Origin: Candidatus Heimdallarchaeota archaeon
Lineage (GTDB): Archaea > Asgardarchaeota > Heimdallarchaeia > Heimdallarchaeales > Heimdallarchaeaceae
NCBI GenBank assembly: GCA_016839945.1
Contig: JAEOTE010000007.1
Location: forward strand, 1 to 64,000
DNA length: 64,000 nt
Direction of reading: 5' to 3'
This document shows, piece after piece, positions 57,506-64,000 of this stretch (the first letter of the stretch is position 1; each line of letters opens with the position of its first letter). The position numbers and the translations under genes were made by a program. A model generated the notes under the pieces. The model saw nothing but the letters and a program-made list of their open reading frames with translations. It did not search any database and had not been told where the DNA came from.

Positions 57506-58576
57506 ATGGAAAACGATACTATTAAGGTTGCAATTGCTGGAGTTGGTAATGTTGCTTCAGGTTTAATTCAAGGAATAATCTACATGAGAGAGTATGAGGA
57601 AGAAAAAGAGAATCTACTTCACCCAAAAATCGGAAGTTACGAAACTAAGAACATTCAAATTGTTGCTGCATTTGATGTTGATTCAAGTAAAGTAAACAAA
57701 GATTTGTCAGAAGCGATTTTCGTTCCAATAAACAGTACTCCACAATTTATTCAAGTTGAACATTTAGGTGTTGAAGTAGTTAAGGGACCAACTAAAGATG
57801 GGCTTTCTAAACATCTAAGACAAGTCATTCAAGTTGCTGAAACTGAAGAGGCAAACATTGTAGAAATTTTACAAAAAACAGGAACAGAGATTCTTATCTG
57901 TGCCATTCCTACTGGTGCTGAAGAAGCAGTTAAGACTTATGCTCAAGCAGCTATAGATGCTGAGGTTTCCTTTATTAACTGTACTCCAACAAGAATCGCT
58001 AGCAATCCTGCTTGGGCTAGAAAATTCAAACAAGCTAACGTTTGCGTAATCGGTGATGATTTACAGTCTCTAGCAGGAGGAACAGTTCTTCATAAAGGAT
58101 TTCTAGATGTTCTAAAAGAGCAAGGTGTTAAAATAAAAGACACATATCAATTAGATGTCTCTGGTGGTCTTGAAACTCTTAATACTCTTGATGATGACAG
58201 AAAACAATATAAAAGAAATATAAAGGAGCGTTCAATCCAAGAATCTGTAATAAACGAGATCAATATTGCTAGTGGAACCTCTGATTATCTAGAGTTTCTA
58301 GGAAATAGAAGAATAGGGCACTTTTGGATTTTTGGTGAAGGATTTATGGGTATGCCAGTTAAAATTGATATAAGATTAGAAACACTTGATGGTCCAAATG
58401 CAGCTGGGACACTTATAGATGTCATAAGAGCCACAAAAATTGCTATTAACAGAGCTGGAAATGGTCCAATAAGCTCTATCTGTGCTTATGGATTTAAAGC
58501 TCCTCCAGTTACAACAGACAGACATACCTCACATCAATGGCTTAATGAATATTTAGAAGGAAAAAGAACAGAATAA
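57506..58576 (+). CDS. myo-inositol-1-phosphate synthase paralog, divergent active site
   Basis: GVGNVAS, GDDLQS, DGPNAAG, FKAPP; colinear with upstream ino1. Confidence 0.85.
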   Translation: MENDTIKVAIAGVGNVASGLIQGIIYMREYEEEKENLLHPKIGSYETKNIQIVAAFDVDSSKVNKDLSEAIFVPINSTPQFIQVEHLGVEVVKGPTKDGLSKHLRQVIQVAETEEANIVEILQKTGTEILICAIPTGAEEAVKTYAQAAIDAEVSFINCTPTRIASNPAWARKFKQANVCVIGDDLQSLAGGTVLHKGFLDVLKEQGVKIKDTYQLDVSGGLETLNTLDDDRKQYKRNIKERSIQESVINEINIASGTSDYLEFLGNRRIGHFWIFGEGFMGMPVKIDIRLETLDGPNAAGTLIDVIRATKIAINRAGNGPISSICAYGFKAPPVTTDRHTSHQWLNEYLEGKRTE

Positions 58577-58600
58577 TTTTTTCTTCAAATCCTTTCTTTT

Positions 58601-59620
58601 TTAGAACTTAAGGGATTTTGTTATTTCTATAAGTTTAGCTCTTGGAATAGATTGAGGAAATTTCTTTAAAATTGATATTGCTTTCTCAACATACAGTGAG
58701 ACTTTTGTTTTTAATGAATCAATTGATCCTGATTTGATTAGTATGTCTTTTATTTTGGTTGGAGAGAAATCTTCTTTTTCAAGATAGTATTTTTCTAGTA
58801 TCTCTCTATCAGAATTTTCAGTTGTTTCAAAAGCTTTGAGAACTAGGAATGTCTGAATTCTGTTTGTAATATCAGTCCAAACTCCTGATTTCCCTAATTC
58901 TTCTTCAGAAGACAATAAAGAGAGTATGTCGTCTCTAAGTTGAAATGCTCTACCAAAGTATATTCCAAAGTTTTTCATGAGCTCCCTATCTTCTTTGGTA
59001 GAATCTCCAATTATTACTCCAATTACTGATGCTGCTTCAAATAAACAAGAAGTTTTTCTGTCGATTAATTTTATAGCTTCATCCTTTAACATTTTTCTCT
59101 CCCCTTTCCTGAATTTTTCTTCAAGAAATAGGGAAGTGGATAATGTATGCAAAGCTTTGAGTAGTTCATCAACAACTTCCAAAACCTGAGTTTTTGTTGC
59201 TAGACTAAGGGCTAAACTACTCATTGAGTAAGACAAAGAAATTGCTGCAAAAGTTGAAAACTCAAGATAGAAGGACTTTTCTTTTCTTCTAAAAATATCC
59301 TTATCAAAGACATCATCAACTAAAAGTGTAGCGTTATGAATCACTTCTAAAGCACAGGCTGCTGCATAACTTATATCATTTCTTTCTTGCTTTGATATCA
59401 TCTCAAATGAAAGAAGACAAATCAAAGGTCGTATTCTCTTACCGCCTTTCCTCAAAATATGATCAATAAGTTCAGTTATCTCTTCATCATAAGGACTTTG
59501 ATCTCTAAGATTAGACAAATAAGAGTTAATTTGATTCACTTCTTCAGAGAAATCTAAGCTAGATTTAGGCACTAGTATCAACTTATAGCAACAATAGATG
59601 TAAAAAAACTTTTTGAACAA
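58601..59620 (-). CDS. Polyprenyl diphosphate synthase (GGPP synthase family)
   Basis: GGKRIRP, DDVFDKDIFRR, RKT, AFQLRDD, LGK; true start probably GTG near 59572. Confidence 0.9.
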   Translation of the reverse strand: MFKKFFYIYCCYKLILVPKSSLDFSEEVNQINSYLSNLRDQSPYDEEITELIDHILRKGGKRIRPLICLLSFEMISKQERNDISYAAACALEVIHNATLLVDDVFDKDIFRRKEKSFYLEFSTFAAISLSYSMSSLALSLATKTQVLEVVDELLKALHTLSTSLFLEEKFRKGERKMLKDEAIKLIDRKTSCLFEAASVIGVIIGDSTKEDRELMKNFGIYFGRAFQLRDDILSLLSSEEELGKSGVWTDITNRIQTFLVLKAFETTENSDREILEKYYLEKEDFSPTKIKDILIKSGSIDSLKTKVSLYVEKAISILKKFPQSIPRAKLIEITKSLKF

Positions 59621-59625
59621 AGTAA

Positions 59626-61119
59626 CTAGAAAAGTGATTCTCCCATAGATGAACAGAATTCTAGAAAATTTACATTTAATACTAATAGAAGAATTATCAT
59701 AAACAAAACAAGAATCAAAGATATATGAACTCCTGGTTCAACTGTTTTTTGTACATATGGTTTCTCGAATGTTTCAAAGAACAAGGATTTGAGAACTCTT
59801 ATCAAATAGATACTTGAAAAAGCTAACACTAATACATAAACAACAGATATGAGAATAAGATAATCACTAATAATCTTAAAGAGAAGAATTTCTGTTAAGA
59901 AACCTATTATTACAGGAAAAACAAACAGAAGTATAAAACTTGTTGAAACTATTATAGAAAGAACAATACGCATTTTTCCTATCCCTTTCAAGTCCTCAAT
60001 GTTTTCTGAATCAAAACATTTTGACAAATAACTTACAGCAATTGAAGAAAATGAAAATAATAGAACATATCCTATAAGATTCAATGAAAGATATTGCATA
60101 ACTTGAAGTTGTTTTGGGTAGGACAGATATCCAGATAATGAGAAAGCTAGGATAAGAAAAATAGAACCAATATGAATCTGACTAATATAATGTAAGAGCT
60201 TCTTCAAATTTGGAACTGTAATTGAAGAAAACACACCCCATAAAGCTAATATGAAACCAATGATAATGAACAGCCAAATTAAGAGATTGATAATAGATGA
60301 ATCTCTATTATTTACCGCTATTTTTACCATAAATGAGATACTAATCCCTTTTTGAATAATGGTAAGAATGCTTGAGCTAGACATGTTATTATCATCCGTA
60401 AAACCTAATGACCAAAAGTGGAATGGTGGGAAACCTAATTGAATTAGAAGAGAAATTACTATCAGGATTATACTCAAGTATTCCCAAATATTAAGGAATG
60501 CAGCCTCTAAAATGACTTCGAAACCATTCACAGCAATGAAATGACACGAAATTCCAAAGAAAAGCAATGTTAGTGATAACCCATTTAAGATTGTATAAGG
60601 TGAGATTATTTTTGTAAGCTTGTCTTCAGTAGCGTTCTGTAGATACCTGAAATAAATATTGAGACCAGCATATAGAAGGATAAAACCAAAAAATATAACA
60701 AGCCAAGAATTTGAGGAGAAAATAAAGAATGAACTGGATTGCAAAACTAGAAGAGAAATAAATGCAAAATAACTTCTTTCCGAATTTTTACTAGTTTCTA
60801 CAATAGTTAGAAATTCAAGTAATATGATTCCAACACTAATTGCTAAGTAAATACCAGAGGAAAATGGATTAATTTCGAATACTTGTATTTCTGGAATACC
60901 ATTTTCGAACGGAGTAAGAATGTATGAAAACAGAACAACAGATATGATAGAACATAATATAGAACAATAACCAAAAATGAGTCTCATTCGTCCCTGAAAC
61001 ACAACAAATTTCTTAGCTATTTTATGTGATAATAATCCTGTAGTCAGAATAAGGATTATCCCTAAGAGTAGTAGCTCTAGATGCAAGTAGTTAAAGAAAA
61101 TTGAAGAAATATAACTCAT
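59626..61119 (-). CDS. NuoN/MrpD-like antiporter-type membrane subunit (divergent)
   Basis: ~14 TM; GFPPFHFW, NLKKLLHYISQIHIG, DLKGIG, YLIRVLK. Confidence 0.7.
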   Translation of the reverse strand: MSYISSIFFNYLHLELLLLGIILILTTGLLSHKIAKKFVVFQGRMRLIFGYCSILCSIISVVLFSYILTPFENGIPEIQVFEINPFSSGIYLAISVGIILLEFLTIVETSKNSERSYFAFISLLVLQSSSFFIFSSNSWLVIFFGFILLYAGLNIYFRYLQNATEDKLTKIISPYTILNGLSLTLLFFGISCHFIAVNGFEVILEAAFLNIWEYLSIILIVISLLIQLGFPPFHFWSLGFTDDNNMSSSSILTIIQKGISISFMVKIAVNNRDSSIINLLIWLFIIIGFILALWGVFSSITVPNLKKLLHYISQIHIGSIFLILAFSLSGYLSYPKQLQVMQYLSLNLIGYVLLFSFSSIAVSYLSKCFDSENIEDLKGIGKMRIVLSIIVSTSFILLFVFPVIIGFLTEILLFKIISDYLILISVVYVLVLAFSSIYLIRVLKSLFFETFEKPYVQKTVEPGVHISLILVLFMIILLLVLNVNFLEFCSSMGESLF

Positions 61120-61138
61120 CTTAATACACCTCTTCTAT

Positions 61139-63094
61139 TCATAAAATACTTCCTCCTACATAGTATAACACAAATGTCAACAATATTACGAAAATGAATA
61201 GAGCTGCTAATTGAAGTTGTTTTCTTAACGAAGCTTGCTCAAGCTTAAGGAAAAATTTAGAAGTATTTACAAAAATTTTCTTGATAAATGGTCTTATATA
61301 ATCAGTTAATGAAATTGAGATAGCAGAAATAATTTTAGAGATAAATTTGATAATATTTTTTGCAGCAATTTGATACAAAAATCCTGCAATGATGATATCA
61401 TATGTCCAAACTGAGAGAGGTTTTATTATATTTAACCAAAACCAACTAGATGCATAGAATATAAAATCAAAGTAATATATGGATCTAATTGTTTTTCTTG
61501 CAGGCGCAAAGAAATTAAGTATTTTCTTATTCAGATCTGCTAAGAATTTTGAACTTATAAAATACAAAAGCAAGATTACAAAGTAAGAAACTATAAGTGG
61601 GATTACTGAGATAAGATAATCGCTAGCTAGCAAAATTATAACTGGAGCTATTGAATTTTGCAAGAAGAAAGTTGGGAAAAATGCACTTGTTAAGATGAGT
61701 ATTAAAACAAGGGAGATAATTGTAAACTTATGATTAGAGCTTAATACCATTTCGTTCCTTTTCTTCCAAATCCTTCTTAAGAAAATCAAACAAATGAAGA
61801 AAACTATAACAAGTGTTAGAAGCCCTCCAGACAATAATCCTATTGGTGCTAAAAGATTTGTTGAATAGAAGGAATATGTAAGAGTGACTAAAACACTATT
61901 GAATGGAATTACGCCTAACAAAGGAAGCAGTGCTAGAACAATCGCTGAAAAAATAATCAATAAGCTGGAAATACCAGATTTAGCATTTTCTAATTTTTTA
62001 TTTTCATTGATTTTTACTTGGATTGAAATAAGTATTAAGAGGATTCCAAAAACAAAAGGAAGTAGTGTCAATTGGTGAAGCGCAGCTGAATATAGTCCAG
62101 ATCCTATAGAAAAGAAGATCAATCCTATAAATGAAGATTGTAGGAGATATATAATGTCATATCCTTCGTTCAGAAAAACAGCTACAATTACTGAAAAAAG
62201 AGCTATGGCTAAACCAAACCAAATAATGAAGTTTCTAATAATATACATAATGTGAATAAATGGAGTACCGAAGAGAGTGAATAGCGAAAAGAGCATATAG
62301 ATATTTAGTATTAGGAATAGCCATTCGTTATTCCCTTTACAAACTTCAGATTTCCAGTTATGAAATGGGAAAAGGGAGCATTTTATTATTATTCCTATAA
62401 GAAGCAAAATACAGAGGTTTCTAAAATAAGGATTTGAAAGTATAAATTTGAATATAATGTCGTTATTGATTACTGAGAAATCAAAGGAATGAGACCTTCG
62501 AATTAATAATGCAATAGAGATGAATATAAAGATGTTTCCAAGAATGAAAGAAAAAACTAATGACTTGATTTTGTTCTTCTTCTGTTTTTGATCAAAAGTA
62601 GTTGAGAAATTAACGAAATCAATTATTAAAACATCTAGAACAAGATAAATTGCTAGAAATTGTAGAAAATTAGGAGAAAAAATGAGAAGAATACCTATTG
62701 TAAAAATAAGAAATACTCTCTCCAAATGTTTTATCTCAAGTTTAGGATTGTTCAAAGCTAAGTAATTTAAAATAAAAGGGAGAGCTAAGAAAATTGTTGC
62801 ATAAAAAACAACTTGAATCAAATCGATTCTAAAGCCAAACTCAATATTATATTGCTGAGATTCATAAAACTGAAAGATTGACAAAGGTTCTATTGTTGTC
62901 GTAAAATATGTATAAAGAAAGTATGAGACAAAGCTGATAGTAATTATTAGACTACAAATCATATATGAATACAGGTAAAATTTCTTAAGCTTTTCACCAT
63001 CAAAAAAGAATTTCAATAAAGTTATTCTTAAGATTGGGAATAACAAGAATAGACAAATTTGGATTGTTAAAAGCAAGGCACTAATACTTATCAT
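61139..63094 (-). CDS. NuoL/MrpA-like antiporter-type membrane subunit (divergent)
   Basis: FGFRID, KCSLFPFHNW, AALHQL, YYFD, long C-terminal amphipathic helix. Confidence 0.7.
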   Translation of the reverse strand: MISISALLLTIQICLFLLFPILRITLLKFFFDGEKLKKFYLYSYMICSLIITISFVSYFLYTYFTTTIEPLSIFQFYESQQYNIEFGFRIDLIQVVFYATIFLALPFILNYLALNNPKLEIKHLERVFLIFTIGILLIFSPNFLQFLAIYLVLDVLIIDFVNFSTTFDQKQKKNKIKSLVFSFILGNIFIFISIALLIRRSHSFDFSVINNDIIFKFILSNPYFRNLCILLLIGIIIKCSLFPFHNWKSEVCKGNNEWLFLILNIYMLFSLFTLFGTPFIHIMYIIRNFIIWFGLAIALFSVIVAVFLNEGYDIIYLLQSSFIGLIFFSIGSGLYSAALHQLTLLPFVFGILLILISIQVKINENKKLENAKSGISSLLIIFSAIVLALLPLLGVIPFNSVLVTLTYSFYSTNLLAPIGLLSGGLLTLVIVFFICLIFLRRIWKKRNEMVLSSNHKFTIISLVLILILTSAFFPTFFLQNSIAPVIILLASDYLISVIPLIVSYFVILLLYFISSKFLADLNKKILNFFAPARKTIRSIYYFDFIFYASSWFWLNIIKPLSVWTYDIIIAGFLYQIAAKNIIKFISKIISAISISLTDYIRPFIKKIFVNTSKFFLKLEQASLRKQLQLAALFIFVILLTFVLYYVGGSIL

Positions 63095-63359
63095 CTGTCA
63101 TTCCTTCTTTTTTTAATGAGAATAATAGTTGATCTCTAAAAACAAAAATGAATATTATCGAAAAAGCAACTAAACCAAGAATCACTAGAATAAAACTTTC
63201 AGCAGTAAAATTGACGCTAGAAATAATGAGTATTCCTGAAAGAAATATCAATAAAAATCCGAATATTAACCTGAATTTTGTTTTAAAAAATAGCATTAGT
63301 AAAATGCCTAAAACAAAACAAATGAATGATATTGCAATTACATAATTCAGGAATACCAA
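63081..63359 (-). CDS. Small 3-TM protein, NuoK/MrpC-like by size and position
   Basis: Three hydrophobic helices, directly upstream of the NuoL-like gene. Confidence 0.45.
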   Translation of the reverse strand: MVFLNYVIAISFICFVLGILLMLFFKTKFRLIFGFLLIFLSGILIISSVNFTAESFILVILGLVAFSIIFIFVFRDQLLFSLKKEGMTDDKY

Positions 63360-64000
63360 GATTCTTCAGCTCTTTTTTGATTGTTTGACCTAAAATCTAA
63401 TGCAAGATAAATTGACATAATGATTAAGAAAACTAGTATAATAATTGAAAAAATAATTAGATTATTATTTTTGTCAAAAATATCAATTAACGAGTCTCCT
63501 TCAATCCAGACATTGAAAAATCCAGCAGATGAAGAAAATAAGATACTACATATGAGAATTACTGGAATAATCACTAATCCTAGTATTATCAAGTTAATGA
63601 AAAAATCAAGAGTGATTTTCGAGGTTTTCTTATCTTTGACTGGTTGTTCTTTAAATAGAGAATAAATTCCAACAGATAGAAAAAGTATGTAGGAAAAGAC
63701 TAAAGTTGCATAAAACATTATTTTTTGATTAAAAGACAGAAAAATAAAAGAGAAAGAAATGAAGGCGAATAACAACAATAAAGATCTATTCTTAGATTGT
63801 AACAATAATGCTCGTAAAGTAAAACTTATTCCGAAAATTGATCCAAAGTAAAAGAATAGATCTTCTCCATTTATTACGAATAAAATAATCATTACAACAA
63901 GAGAAATAATTAATGAACTCTTAATGATGAGCCAATATTTCTTTTTTAATTTTGTTAAGTTTGGAATCACTATAATTAGAATCAATAAAAATCCACATAT
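63347..64000 (-). CDS. Membrane protein, possibly NuoJ-like; 5' end beyond the window
   Basis: Frame open to 64000; multiple TM segments; position before the K-L-N-like genes. Confidence 0.45.
   Translation of the reverse strand: MCGFLLILIIVIPNLTKLKKKYWLIIKSSLIISLVVMIILFVINGEDLFFYFGSIFGISFTLRALLLQSKNRSLLLLFAFISFSFIFLSFNQKIMFYATLVFSYILFLSVGIYSLFKEQPVKDKKTSKITLDFFINLIILGLVIIPVILICSILFSSSAGFFNVWIEGDSLIDIFDKNNNLIIFSIIILVFLIIMSIYLALDFRSNNQKRAEESWYS

Noticed and set aside
1-64000. tRNA, rRNA, CRISPR arrays, transposases, provirus
   Set aside because: None recognised by eye; intergenic gaps are short and non-repetitive (tRNAscan/Infernal not run)

Overview
AT-rich, gene-dense archaeal chromosomal segment, most consistent with an Asgard archaeon (Heimdallarchaeia-like; inferred). 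It combines archaeal core genes (carS, rpS17e, deoxyhypusine synthase, MCM/Hel308/GINS, NurA/HerA, Sm, RIO2, porGDAB, GGTGA-type SD sites) with eukaryotic-signature proteins (Rab-like GTPase, ESCRT-II Vps22/36-like EAP30 protein, PIG-M-like GT-C). No rRNA, tRNA, CRISPR array or transposase was recognised; the only mobile element is a 521-aa LAGLIDADG intein in MCM. Best candidate for an undescribed system: a MoxR AAA+ / vWA gene pair joined by an apparent programmed -1 frameshift (A AAA AAA slippery site, upstream SD-like stimulator, downstream hairpins, 47 start-less open codons) that would yield both free AAA and a ~639-aa AAA-vWA fusion. Other highlights: two promoter-linked sRNA/micropeptide candidates carrying CUCCCUCCC, likely non-canonical ATT/ATA starts, tandem inositol-1-phosphate synthases (one with a remodelled active site), a Rab-like GTPase with G3 = DTGSH, a pseudo-KaiC, and complex-I/Mrp antiporter-like subunits lacking key charged residues.
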